Source: Candidatus Liptonbacteria bacterium
GTDB lineage: Bacteria; Patescibacteriota; Minisyncoccia; UBA6257; JACOXY01
Length of the DNA: 64,000 nucleotides
Direction of reading: 5' to 3'
Assembly (NCBI GenBank): GCA_016182095.1
Contig: JACOXY010000011.1
Span: forward strand, 67,794 to 131,793
The notes below the pieces were generated by a model. It did no database searches and had not been told where the DNA came from. It saw nothing but the letters and a program-made list of their open reading frames with translations. The position numbers were made by a program, and so were the translations under genes. This document shows, piece by piece, positions 1 to 9,675 of this stretch (position 1 is the first letter of the stretch; every line of letters starts with the position of its first letter).

Positions 1-486
1 CTCTCCAATGCCAATAGTCGTGCACGCCCACTCGCCGACTCCATCTACTGTCAAAATCGCGGCTTTTTCAAACGGAGAACAAAAAAATGATGCGGCCGCA
101 TGCGATAAATGATGCGTCGAAAATAAAATTTTTCCGGGGTTAATCCCTAATTCTTTCGAGATTAAGGCCCTAATCCAAATTTTGGATATAAACAAGCTCT
201 TCACGGCTTTAACAAAAACATGCGGCGTCCAGGGAAAAGTTAAAAATAATGTTTTGAAAATTCTTTCAAGCTTAAAAAATGGTTTTTCATAAAAAATAAC
301 ATAATCAATTTTATCCGTGCTCACGAGAGCTTCTTCCATAACAAAATTAATAGCCATCTTGGGAAAGCTGTAATCGTGTTTAACTCTCGAAAAACGCTCT
401 TCTTCGCTCATAGCGACGGGCCTACCATCAATTAAAAGAGCCGCCGCTGAGTCATGATAAAAAAAAGAAAGTCCCAATATTGTCAT
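1..486 (-). CDS. carbamoyltransferase (NodU/CmcH family), N-terminal part; the gene runs off the left edge
   Basis: My own reverse-strand translation from ATG at 486 gives MTILGLSFFYHDSAAALLIDGRPVAMSEEERFSRVKHDYSFP...KMAINFVMEEALVSTDKIDY. This matches the carbamoyltransferase N-terminal consensus. It is absent from the ORF track because the window truncates it. Confidence 0.6.
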   Translation of the reverse strand, partial: MTILGLSFFYHDSAAALLIDGRPVAMSEEERFSRVKHDYSFPKMAINFVMEEALVSTDKIDYVIFYEKPFFKLERIFKTLFLTFPWTPHVFVKAVKSLFISKIWIRALISKELGINPGKILFSTHHLSHAAASFFCSPFEKAAILTVDGVGEWACTTIGIGE

Positions 487-542
487 ATAATGATCTTTTA
501 GAGTACAATTAATTATTATCCGAGTGTGGACAGTGAGCAACT

Positions 543-1613
543 ATGAAATCTATATTGAATAAAAAAACGTTCGGGAAAATCTTAATTTTCTCTATAACTT
601 CCCTCGCCGGGTTTATTTTTTTGGAAATCATGATATATGTAATCACTCCGCAAAAGACCATGTATTATGACAAAGTTAATACTGAACCAACTCGTGAATT
701 ATATCAATATAACGCCGGAAAGCCGCCCAAAGTAAAATCCGGTCTTAATGTTAGTGGGCTTTCCGATATTTATCACGAATACAACATGGATATCCAAACC
801 GATCAGTTTGGATTTAGGCGCGAAAAGACAGATCCCCTGAAGCCAACCGTCATTATTTTGGGCGATTCGCAAACTTTTGGTTTTGGAGTCTTGAATCCCG
901 AAGCTTACCCGAATTTGTTGGATGAAATGGATAACTCATGCCAAATTGTAAATGCCGGCAAGCCTGGAGCGGGGTTAAATCATTACGTTTACTACCTGAA
1001 AGAAATGCTTGCATCCAAAAACTTTAAAAATATCAAACAAATTATCATTGGATTGAACATGCCCGGCAACGATTGGAACGAAATGGTCAGTTTGTCCAAA
1101 AAAATTGATCCTGAACTTTCACAGTTCATACCTGATTCGACAGAATTCTTGGGAAAAAAGAAATCTCTTTCTTCAAGGGCGCAAGAGCTGCTTTTTTACT
1201 CCCAAGCATACACATTCATGAGATTTGTTGTCGCCCCCAGATTAAAGCATTTTGTTCTTGGGTTTACGGATTTGGCCAAAGCCGAACAGGAAGAGTATGA
1301 AAAGACCGGCCCGGCTGTCGAAACTTTAATCAAGCTCATGCAATCGGCAACCAAAGAAAAAAAAATTGACATAATCTTCATATTCTTTCCCGAAAGACCG
1401 CACTACTTTAAAAAACCCCTGACTTATATAAAAAATCTTCAAAGCTTTATGAATGAGAATGGCATAAAATATTTGGATCTTATACCCCAATTTAAAGAGT
1501 CATACACAAAAATTGATGACTTTTGGCTACCAATAGACGGCCACTTTAATGCTTCGGGGCATAAATTTATGGCCGAGGCCATAAATAAAGCGAATATAAT
1601 TTCTTGCAGATAA
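543..1613 (+). CDS. SGNH/GDSL-like hydrolase with N-terminal membrane anchor
   Basis: N-terminal TM helix; GDS block (ILGDSQTFGFG); C-terminal DGHFN, a D-x-H-like block. Confidence 0.45.
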   Translation: MKSILNKKTFGKILIFSITSLAGFIFLEIMIYVITPQKTMYYDKVNTEPTRELYQYNAGKPPKVKSGLNVSGLSDIYHEYNMDIQTDQFGFRREKTDPLKPTVIILGDSQTFGFGVLNPEAYPNLLDEMDNSCQIVNAGKPGAGLNHYVYYLKEMLASKNFKNIKQIIIGLNMPGNDWNEMVSLSKKIDPELSQFIPDSTEFLGKKKSLSSRAQELLFYSQAYTFMRFVVAPRLKHFVLGFTDLAKAEQEEYEKTGPAVETLIKLMQSATKEKKIDIIFIFFPERPHYFKKPLTYIKNLQSFMNENGIKYLDLIPQFKESYTKIDDFWLPIDGHFNASGHKFMAEAINKANIISCR

Positions 1614-1646
1614 GAAGTTGGTGTGGTGCAGTTTTTTACTGTCAAT

Positions 1647-1874
1647 CTAAAATTCTTTTTTAATACTTCCGAGGTCATCGCCCCACTTGCCTTTAGCAGT
1701 CCAGTTTGTCGCTTCCCCGGACGCGAAATCATTTTTTATTATTCGGTAGGGTAATGCAAAAATACCGAAAATCAAATAATAAAACAGAGTAAGCAAAACC
1801 GAAGAAATAAAATCTCCCAGTAAGAAAGCGAATTTAAACCAAAGCTCTTTAATTTTGAGCAATATTCCCTTCAT
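1647..1874 (-). CDS. small membrane protein, SxtJ-like partner of carbamoyltransferases
   Basis: 75 aa with two TM helices; sits immediately upstream of a DUF5989-like gene and near the carbamoyltransferase. Confidence 0.35.
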   Translation of the reverse strand: MKGILLKIKELWFKFAFLLGDFISSVLLTLFYYLIFGIFALPYRIIKNDFASGEATNWTAKGKWGDDLGSIKKEF

Positions 1875-2066
1875 TTAAAATAGGGTGTAAATAAATGGTC
1901 CCAATGACGAACTTTGGGCGAAAATTATCACCAAAAAGAAAATTGTCAAAAAGAAAACCATCGGAATCATCCACCACATTTTGTTTTCCCATAAAAACTC
2001 AAGTAGGGCCGCGATGATAGATGAACGCAATTTAATTGTTTGGATTATTTCCTTGAATTTTTTCAC
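1875..2066 (-). CDS. DUF5989/SxtK-like small membrane protein
   Basis: 63 aa with one TM; the C-terminal SSLGPFIYTLF matches the APFIYTLF signature of the family that accompanies carbamoyltransferases. Confidence 0.45.
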   Translation of the reverse strand: MKKFKEIIQTIKLRSSIIAALLEFLWENKMWWMIPMVFFLTIFFLVIIFAQSSSLGPFIYTLF

Positions 2067-2258
2067 TTTTTAATGTTAGCAAATTTTTTAGTCATCGGCA
2101 AATAGCGTCAAGATTTACAAAAATTTTCAGCAGCCCTTCTGGTCATGTGGTTGATTTAACCATAACAATTTTCCCACTATTAATAATTTTTATGCAGCAC
2201 AAAAACAACTCTGACAGCTTGCAAAAAGCATCATTAAAAGCAATACTATTTACGCGAC

Positions 2259-4523
2259 ATGAACCCCGCGCGCAAAATAACAGTAATAGCCATAACAATT
2301 AGCGCAACCTCCCTCCTATTTTATTTACGCGGGACAATTTACGCGAGTTTTTTAGAACGGATAAAAATCATAAGCCCAGAATTACATTTTAATATCACAA
2401 GAGCCGAAGCTTCCCTCAAAAAAACCGCCAATCTGTTACATTTCCCTTATTGGTTTAGAAAAACAAGGCTTCCGGTATATAACTTATACATAGACGAGAA
2501 AGATATTTATAAAATAAGTAGCATCCTGCCTAACTATGATCCGGAAGCAAAAACAGGAGCGAGTCCGGAAAATTTTGCTTTTATTGATGGTTTTTTTGCC
2601 TCGGGTGATTATCGTGACAAAATTGAAGTGCGATTTCGCGGGCACAGGCCGGTACATTGGGAAAGCGCCAAAAGATCGCTGCTAATTAAATTTCCCAAAG
2701 ACCGACTGTTTGAAAAAATGAGGTCAATCGACCTGATAGCGCCAATAACTAAAGAATATGCCGCGCTGGAAATAGTTAATAACTATAGATTAAAAGAAAT
2801 GGGGCTAGTCCCAACCAATCTATTTTTAGTTTGGTTAAAAATTAATGGTGGGGACGCGGGTATCTACCTAGCAAAAGAAAGGTACTCGGCGGAATGGCTG
2901 GAGAAAAATGGCTTACCGCCTAATAGCGAAGTCTTTTCGCAAACGGGGTTGGATTCGAGCTGGAGCAGAGATATTTATGAACAAAAGGAGTCTTTCGCGG
3001 AATTGGACACCCTGTTTTCGCTCTTAAGAGAAACGGATGATGTTTTTTATAAAAATATAGGCAATATTTTGGATTTAAATAAAATATACAGAGCTATAGC
3101 ATTTAATGTTATCGCCGGGGGAACGCATTCGCAGGGCCAGAATTTAAATTTTCTTTTTAATGGCGCGACCGGGAAGCTGGAGCCGCTCCTCGAAGATACC
3201 GCCATTTTCTACGGGCGGAACAATAAAGAGCCAGTCGAGGTTTATAACGAAATAAACGTATTCTCCAGACGCATATTATCTAATGAAAATTATTATAATG
3301 ACTATAAAAAGGTATTACGCGAAATTTTATCTTCAATTTCTTTAGAAAAAGACCTCGCGCTGTTTGATACTTTGCAAAGCCAAATTATTGTCGAATTATA
3401 TAAGGATCAAGCAAAATATTATCCTGACTTTGTTTTTAAAGAAGTTTTTCAAGAACAAAGAACCAGCATTATTGACAATTACCAAGTCGCGCAAAAATTG
3501 GCGGAGGCAAAAGAATTGCCGGTTTTTAGTGCTGAAGATTTTTCCAAAACAACCGCACAACTTGTTGAAGGCGGCGAATTTTCAAATTTTTTTGATATTT
3601 CAAAAACAGGCGAGGAGTTCATAGCTGCCAATCCGCAGTTCTTTCTCTCTTATTCAACTTCAACTCGCGATCCCATAGGCAACTTAACGCTTAAAACCGG
3701 AACATATGCTTTTAGGAAAAATGTTGTGATTCCGGCAAATTTTAATTTTGTGATAGAACAGGGAACGCACTTATTTTTAGCCAGTGGAGTTTCTATAGTA
3801 TCTTACAGCCCCATAAAAGCAATCGGATCTGCCGAAAAACTAATCATCGTGGAGCGCCTTTACCCCAAAAACGCATGGGGCTCTATCGCGGTTATAAACA
3901 CCAAAGAATCAAGCAGACTTGAGAATATAATAATTAGCGGCGGGTCGTCGTCGGAAGAAATTAATGGCGTAACATTTACAGGAATGCTCGCGGCTCACGG
4001 CGCGCCAATATTCATTGAGAACGCGATATTTTCTCTGGACGCTGACGATGATGCCTTGAACGTTAAACAAACAACCGGGGCAGTAAAAAATTCAAAATTT
4101 TACGATACCGTGGGCGACGCGATTGACCTTGATATGACAAGTAACTTTGTAATAGAAAATAATAAATTTTTTAACATTGGAACCGGACCCGAAGGCGGCG
4201 ACGCTATTGATATTTCTTTCGGAGATCCGTTTATAAACAAAAATATGATAGATAAATGCTCTGATAAGGGCGTGAGTGTCGGCGAAAAGTCTTTTCCTGA
4301 AATTACCGACAATATCATAAAAAAATGCGAAATCGGCATTGCGGTTAAGGACGAATCAAGGGCGCTAATAAAAAATAATTCAGTGTTAAATAACACTACC
4401 GGCATCGCTCTTTACCAAAAAAAATCCATATTCGGCGGCGGAACAGCTATCCTGGAAAACAACATTTTAAGCGGCAACTTAAACGATATCACCCAAGATA
4501 AGCAATCAATGATTGTGAGATAA
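2259..4523 (+). CDS. CotH-family protein with C-terminal right-handed parallel beta-helix repeats
   Basis: N-terminal signal-anchor; CotH-like blocks (VRFRGHRP...KRSLLIKF, LFLVWLKINGGDAGIYLAKERY); C-terminal repeated N/G/I-rich beta-helix turns (NNKFFNIGTG..., NNSVLNNTTGIAL...). Confidence 0.5.
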   Translation: MNPARKITVIAITISATSLLFYLRGTIYASFLERIKIISPELHFNITRAEASLKKTANLLHFPYWFRKTRLPVYNLYIDEKDIYKISSILPNYDPEAKTGASPENFAFIDGFFASGDYRDKIEVRFRGHRPVHWESAKRSLLIKFPKDRLFEKMRSIDLIAPITKEYAALEIVNNYRLKEMGLVPTNLFLVWLKINGGDAGIYLAKERYSAEWLEKNGLPPNSEVFSQTGLDSSWSRDIYEQKESFAELDTLFSLLRETDDVFYKNIGNILDLNKIYRAIAFNVIAGGTHSQGQNLNFLFNGATGKLEPLLEDTAIFYGRNNKEPVEVYNEINVFSRRILSNENYYNDYKKVLREILSSISLEKDLALFDTLQSQIIVELYKDQAKYYPDFVFKEVFQEQRTSIIDNYQVAQKLAEAKELPVFSAEDFSKTTAQLVEGGEFSNFFDISKTGEEFIAANPQFFLSYSTSTRDPIGNLTLKTGTYAFRKNVVIPANFNFVIEQGTHLFLASGVSIVSYSPIKAIGSAEKLIIVERLYPKNAWGSIAVINTKESSRLENIIISGGSSSEEINGVTFTGMLAAHGAPIFIENAIFSLDADDDALNVKQTTGAVKNSKFYDTVGDAIDLDMTSNFVIENNKFFNIGTGPEGGDAIDISFGDPFINKNMIDKCSDKGVSVGEKSFPEITDNIIKKCEIGIAVKDESRALIKNNSVLNNTTGIALYQKKSIFGGGTAILENNILSGNLNDITQDKQSMIVR

Positions 4524-4526
4524 AAT

Positions 4527-5267
4527 ATGAAAAATAACTTTTTAAGATTTGAGTTCAAATATTTGATACCTCGCTTTTTACTTGGAGACTTAAAAGGCGA
4601 CTTGGCAAAATTAAACTTTCAAGAAGATTCTGCCAATAATGCCGATGGTTTCTACCACGTGGCAAGCGTGTATTTTGACACTGTCACGCTCTCTGATTAT
4701 TCCGATAAAATCGGCGGTCTTTTAGCGAGAAAAAAATTGCGGGCAAGAATTTACAAAAAGAATGATGGAGAAGGCAGTGCGCCCGTTTGGTTGGAAATCA
4801 AAGAAAAGTATGATATGATGATCTCAAAAAAAAGAGTGGCTTTAAGCCTTACGGAGTGGCAAGAATTTTTACAGACTCCGCGCTTAGCTCGCCAAAATTT
4901 AAAATCACGCCTTTCAGAAAGCGAGACAAAAAACCTGGAAGAATTTATGTTTTGGATAGACCTGGAAAACAGAAGGCCTTATGTGCTGGTTGAATATAAG
5001 AGAAGCGCTTGGCACTTGTTAAGCGGCAAGGAAAAAATACGAATTACGCTGGATTATGACATTAAGGCGCAAAAGACAAAAAATTTGTTCGCTGATCCAA
5101 CGGCAAACGTTAGCCAAAATAATGCGGTCATAGAAATTAAATTCAGCGAAAAAATGCCGGCACAGATCGGTTCGTTGCTCGCAAAATACAATTTGGAACG
5201 CGTGGCGTACTCAAAATATGCTGAAAGCGTTGACTCAATAAGGAAATTTTATCCGGTGCCGCGTTAA
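4527..5267 (+). CDS. VTC-domain (polyphosphate-polymerase-like, CYTH-related) protein
   Basis: N-terminus RFEFKYLIP...YHVASVYFDT...LRARIYKK...WLEIKEKY matches the VTC domain pattern; immediately follows the CotH gene. Confidence 0.55.
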   Translation: MKNNFLRFEFKYLIPRFLLGDLKGDLAKLNFQEDSANNADGFYHVASVYFDTVTLSDYSDKIGGLLARKKLRARIYKKNDGEGSAPVWLEIKEKYDMMISKKRVALSLTEWQEFLQTPRLARQNLKSRLSESETKNLEEFMFWIDLENRRPYVLVEYKRSAWHLLSGKEKIRITLDYDIKAQKTKNLFADPTANVSQNNAVIEIKFSEKMPAQIGSLLAKYNLERVAYSKYAESVDSIRKFYPVPR

Positions 5268-5271
5268 ATCT

Positions 5272-5943
5272 ATGCTCAACTATTTTTCGTTTCAACCGCA
5301 AGAAATTAGCATGGCCGTGGTTATTTTTAATCTTTTCTTGGCGGCGATTATCTCGTTCGCGATAGCTTTTTTGCACAAATGGACGCGCGCGGGGCTCTCT
5401 TATTCCCAGTCTCTTTTCGCCACGCTGGTCATGTTGTGCGTTATAACAGCGGTTATTATTACCGTCGTGCAGAACAATGTCTTTGGCGCTCTGGGGTTAT
5501 TGGGAGCTTTTACTTTCATAAGATTTAGAACGATTATTAAAGAAACCAGGGATATTGCTTTCGTGTTTTTTGCTTTAGCTGAAGGCGTGGCGGCGGGACT
5601 TGGCCACTACGCAGTTGCGATAGTTTCAACTATATTCATTTCTTTTATTGTTTATTTGATATTTAAATATAAGCTGGGATCGGCAAGCGGCAAAAAATTA
5701 ATATTGCTTCTTACGGCCAGCGCTCCAATCGGAGAAGATTTGTTAAATGCGCGGCTTAGCGAAAACAATATAGCCGTTTCAATGATTAGTGGCAAGAAGC
5801 ACGACTCCATTCATGAGTATGTTTTTTATGTTCATGGAGAAAAATTAGCCGATATCCTGGACAAAGCGCTTAATGAAATGGCGCGCTCTCTGCAAATAAT
5901 AAACTACGAAATAGTAAGTAGCAGAGAGTCAATTGAATACTAA
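5272..5943 (+). CDS. DUF4956-family membrane protein
   Basis: Several TM helices plus the FIRFRTIIKETRDIAFVFFALAEG block; this is the known gene partner of VTC and CotH proteins. Confidence 0.5.
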   Translation: MLNYFSFQPQEISMAVVIFNLFLAAIISFAIAFLHKWTRAGLSYSQSLFATLVMLCVITAVIITVVQNNVFGALGLLGAFTFIRFRTIIKETRDIAFVFFALAEGVAAGLGHYAVAIVSTIFISFIVYLIFKYKLGSASGKKLILLLTASAPIGEDLLNARLSENNIAVSMISGKKHDSIHEYVFYVHGEKLADILDKALNEMARSLQIINYEIVSSRESIEY

Positions 5944-6895
5944 AACTTTTCAAAAAAACCATCGTGCGCCGGTTCTTACAATTCTCGCGATTTCGCTCAT
6001 CGCGATTGCGGCTATTATACTTAGCCAAAGCTCGCCCTCAAAGAATCGGAACTCTTGGAGTTTCGCTGTTATAGGGCATCCGCGGGCAAACGAAAATTTT
6101 GCTTCTAATCCCATTTTTATAGAAGCACTCAAAGAAGCCGAGAATCTTGGCGCGGAATTATTGTTTTTAAATGGAGACATGGTATTGGGCGGGCTTGAAT
6201 CTCTTGCGGGCATACAAAAAGAGTGGTCAGTTTTTGACAAGGATCTTAAAAATTTTAGCGGGGAAATTTACCACGCACCAGGAAACCACGACCTCTCGAC
6301 CACCCAAATGACCTCTTATTATCGTGAAAATCATCCCCTAAGCGGGAGTTTCTTGCATAAAGGAGTGCAGTTTATAATCTTCAATTCGGTGTTTCCGACC
6401 GAAGAGAGGGGTGGCAATATAAACGAAGAGGAGATTGCTTTTATCAGGCGGGAATTGGAGAAGTATGGCGACTCAATCCCGTTTATTTTTTTAATGCATC
6501 ATCCGCTGTGGGCAAACAACCTTTATCCGGCCCACAAAAAAGCGCTTGATGCCGTTGTGAATCTCGCAAATTTTTCAAAAAATAACTGGTGGGATAACGT
6601 ACATCCCCTGTTTGCAAAAAGGCGCGGCTTTATCATCAGCGGAGACGCTGGAACAAAAAATATTCCTTATACGTATTTTGAAAAAGATAGGGTTACATAC
6701 ATACTAAGCGGCATTTCTGCAAGTAGCTTGAAAGATAATGTTTTTTTACACTTAACTGTCGCGGGGGGCGACATCACCATAACTCCTCTTGCAACTAACC
6801 ACAACTTAATTACTTATGCCTTAAAATATTTCAAACAAGCAACCCTTAATCCCGAGTATGAAATAAACAAATTAAACGAAATTCTTTCCGATTAA
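5933..6895 (+). CDS. calcineurin-like metallophosphoesterase, membrane-anchored
   Basis: Motifs GDMVLGG, GNHD and HHP; N-terminal TM helix. Confidence 0.6.
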   Translation: MNTKTFQKNHRAPVLTILAISLIAIAAIILSQSSPSKNRNSWSFAVIGHPRANENFASNPIFIEALKEAENLGAELLFLNGDMVLGGLESLAGIQKEWSVFDKDLKNFSGEIYHAPGNHDLSTTQMTSYYRENHPLSGSFLHKGVQFIIFNSVFPTEERGGNINEEEIAFIRRELEKYGDSIPFIFLMHHPLWANNLYPAHKKALDAVVNLANFSKNNWWDNVHPLFAKRRGFIISGDAGTKNIPYTYFEKDRVTYILSGISASSLKDNVFLHLTVAGGDITITPLATNHNLITYALKYFKQATLNPEYEINKLNEILSD

Positions 6896-6952
6896 TTGCT
6901 GGGCTTAATTCAATAAATGTTTAAAAATAAACTTGGCGCGCGAAAAAATAGG

Positions 6953-7675
6953 TTATAATTTTTGGGAACGAACAATTATGTTTTGGGTAAAAAGACCTTT
7001 GCGAGAACCAGTTTCTATAAATAAGTAGAGGTTTATACACAAGACAACGGCTCGCCACAAAATAAACCTGCAAAGGGAAATTATGCCATGGGGCACCGGC
7101 CCCGCTTCCTTAAAAGTTATATTTTTAAACCCGGTCGCGCCAAGAACATGTCTCAAGCTTGAGGAAGTAAAACCAATACAGTGAGTAAAGTCGTAATAAC
7201 GATACCGCGCTCCAAAAGGACTCTCGGCGTTGGGGGTCTGGATTATTAAGACGCCCCCCTGACGCAAAGCGCCATAAATTAAATCTAGGACTTCAAAAAT
7301 TTCATCCTTTGTAAAATGCTCTATTACATCACGCGCTATTATACAATCAAATTTTTGCGATTTATCGCTTAAAAATGATTTAATGTCATCCTTACAAACT
7401 TTGACGTCCAGTTTCTTCGCCTCTTCAATAAGGCGCAGATCTTGGTCAATACCACGGGCATTATAAAACCCGATTAATTTTAACCAAAAAAGGAGTTCGC
7501 CGTTACCGCATCCCAAATCAAGGATGGATGCGTTTTTATCAATCGGTAAAAATCTGCTATAATAGCTATTCCAAACAGGAAATTGTTTTTTAATATTCTC
7601 CTTGCTTAAATCGCCTCTTTCAATCTTTAAATAGTGCTCAAAATATGCTTGGTAAGCTCGCTCGCGCCAATTCAT
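6953..7675 (-). CDS. class I SAM-dependent methyltransferase
   Basis: Motif I ILDLGCGNGELL; acidic motif II (IIARDVIEH). Confidence 0.6.
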   Translation of the reverse strand: MNWRERAYQAYFEHYLKIERGDLSKENIKKQFPVWNSYYSRFLPIDKNASILDLGCGNGELLFWLKLIGFYNARGIDQDLRLIEEAKKLDVKVCKDDIKSFLSDKSQKFDCIIARDVIEHFTKDEIFEVLDLIYGALRQGGVLIIQTPNAESPFGARYRYYDFTHCIGFTSSSLRHVLGATGFKNITFKEAGPVPHGIISLCRFILWRAVVLCINLYLFIETGSRKGLFTQNIIVRSQKL

Positions 7676-7723
7676 AAAATTTTATTTGCTTTAGATTTTT
7701 GTCTATATTAGTATGAGGTTATT

Positions 7724-8845
7724 ATGCCCGAGAAAAAACTTACAGTGGCGTATTTCGGGAATTATGATCCCCTTTATACCCGAGTCAGAACCGTTATTAA
7801 AGGTTTACGGAAAAATAACGTAAAAGTTATAGAATGCCGAAGCAATCACCGAAACCGCTTAAGACGGCTCGCGATTCTTGCTGTTAATTACTTTAAAATA
7901 CAAGGCAAGATAGACGCGATTCTAGTTTCCGAAGGTGGCCAGTCTTACGTCCCACTCGCCAAAATACTATCTTTTCTTACGCGAAAACCTCTTATATTTG
8001 ACGCGTTTATTTCATACTACCACGTTAAGGCAATTGACACGAGTGATGTGCGCCCCGATTCTATAAAGGGGAGATTTTTTTACTATCGCGATAAAATAAG
8101 CTGTCTTTTGGCGGATAAAGTGCTCTTGGATACCAAAGAGCACGCGGAGTATTTTTGCAAAGAATTCGGCTTGCCGCGGTCAAAATTTGAAATAGTACCC
8201 GTTGGGTCAGATGAAGATTTTTTTTATCCGGAGAAAAGCTGGGCTCGCAAAAAGGGCGGGGACTTTGTCGTTTTCCTTGTTTCAAGTTACTACCCTCTCC
8301 ACGGCGTAGATTATGTAGTCCGAGCCGCTAAAATTCTTGAAAAATACAGCGATATAAAATTTTTAATTATTGGGGACGGGATAACAAAACAAAAAGTTCT
8401 TTCATTAGCCAACGACCTGAACGTAAAAAATATTATTTTTAGAGGATCGGTTTACCCCGACGTCTTGCCTGATTTTATGGCAAGCGCCGATGTCTGCCTG
8501 GGACAATTCGGGGGCACGGAACAGGGGCACATGGTAGTGCCGGCAAAAGTATATGATGCTTTGGCCATGGCAAAACCAGTCATAACCGGAAACGGCATGG
8601 CGGCGAAAACAATGTTTAAGCATCAAGAACACCTCTTGTTTTGCCCTTTTGCTGACGCAGAAACCATTGCCAACACCATTGTGGCGCTAAAGACCGATAA
8701 GGAACTGCGGGACCAGTTAGCCGCGAATGGACATAAGTTTTTTAAAGAAAACTTTAATTTGCAAAAAGTAGGCAGCATGGTGCGTGCCATAATAGAAAAA
8801 CAGATTGACCGTAGCAAGGCGACCTATTCGCACAATAACTCATAG
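7724..8845 (+). CDS. glycosyltransferase family 4 (GT-B)
   Basis: GT4-like C-terminal domain, E..LLFCPFADAE... Confidence 0.55.
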   Translation: MPEKKLTVAYFGNYDPLYTRVRTVIKGLRKNNVKVIECRSNHRNRLRRLAILAVNYFKIQGKIDAILVSEGGQSYVPLAKILSFLTRKPLIFDAFISYYHVKAIDTSDVRPDSIKGRFFYYRDKISCLLADKVLLDTKEHAEYFCKEFGLPRSKFEIVPVGSDEDFFYPEKSWARKKGGDFVVFLVSSYYPLHGVDYVVRAAKILEKYSDIKFLIIGDGITKQKVLSLANDLNVKNIIFRGSVYPDVLPDFMASADVCLGQFGGTEQGHMVVPAKVYDALAMAKPVITGNGMAAKTMFKHQEHLLFCPFADAETIANTIVALKTDKELRDQLAANGHKFFKENFNLQKVGSMVRAIIEKQIDRSKATYSHNNS

Positions 8846-9675
8846 ATGCCATTCAAGGGATCTTCAAAGAGGATAGATGGGCGGTAGCCGAAACGCCGAA
8901 AAAGCGCGACGCATCCACCGCGCATTTCATTATTATGAATGGCCAAAAAAATAACTGGATGATGTTTGAACAGCAATTCTTTGGCGCCGCTTAACACAAG
9001 CAATTCTGCGCCCTCCACGTCTATCTTTAAAAAATTAGGAACAATCTTCCCATTTTTTACGAATTCATCCAAAGAAACGGTTTTGACCTTGGTTAATTGT
9101 GGAACGTTAGTTATCATCCCCAAAGAATTTCCGGCGCTTTCAGAGAAAAACTGCTCTCCTTCTGTTTCGGCTACGGCGCATTCAACCACAACAACATTAC
9201 TGATGTTGTTTAATCCTGTGTGCTTTTTCAAAAGCTGCACATTCCGTGATAAAGGCTCAAACGCAAAAACTTTCCCGCCCGGGCCAACCAGTTGAGAAAA
9301 AAGAAGAGAGTAAAACCCAACATGCGCGCCAATATCAAAAACAGTATCTCCTCTCTTTATGAGGCCCTGAAATAATTTTTGGTTCTTGGGTTCATAAGAT
9401 CCCAGCCAATAGCCATTAACACCAGAGCCTTTTACCCACTTTTTGCCCCTAAGAGGCCCTTGCAAAATCCGCAGCACCCAAGTATCCGGAATAAAATTCA
9501 AAAAAAACCTGGTAATCCCGCCCAAGAATGATTTTTGTGGCAACCTTGAAAAATTAACCATATAAATCTGGCTATTTTTATATGCCTTGTTTTGTGATTT
9601 AATGGTAAAACAACAGCATGAAAACGCAAGCAATCCAAAAAAAATATCGCCTTGCCATACTACTCTCACATCCAA
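8824..9675 (-). CDS. FkbM-family methyltransferase; the likely true start is near 9561
   Basis: VFDIGAHVGFYSLLFS...VFAFEP block. The first ~38 codons overlap the divergent neighbour, and Met39 (MVNFSRL) is a better start. Confidence 0.5.
   Translation of the reverse strand: MDVRVVWQGDIFFGLLAFSCCCFTIKSQNKAYKNSQIYMVNFSRLPQKSFLGGITRFFLNFIPDTWVLRILQGPLRGKKWVKGSGVNGYWLGSYEPKNQKLFQGLIKRGDTVFDIGAHVGFYSLLFSQLVGPGGKVFAFEPLSRNVQLLKKHTGLNNISNVVVVECAVAETEGEQFFSESAGNSLGMITNVPQLTKVKTVSLDEFVKNGKIVPNFLKIDVEGAELLVLSGAKELLFKHHPVIFLAIHNNEMRGGCVALFRRFGYRPSILFEDPLNGIYELLCE

Noticed and set aside
3364-3624. Small ORFs nested or antisense inside large genes (this one and many similar in the track)
   Set aside because: Short, biased composition, embedded in confidently assigned genes.
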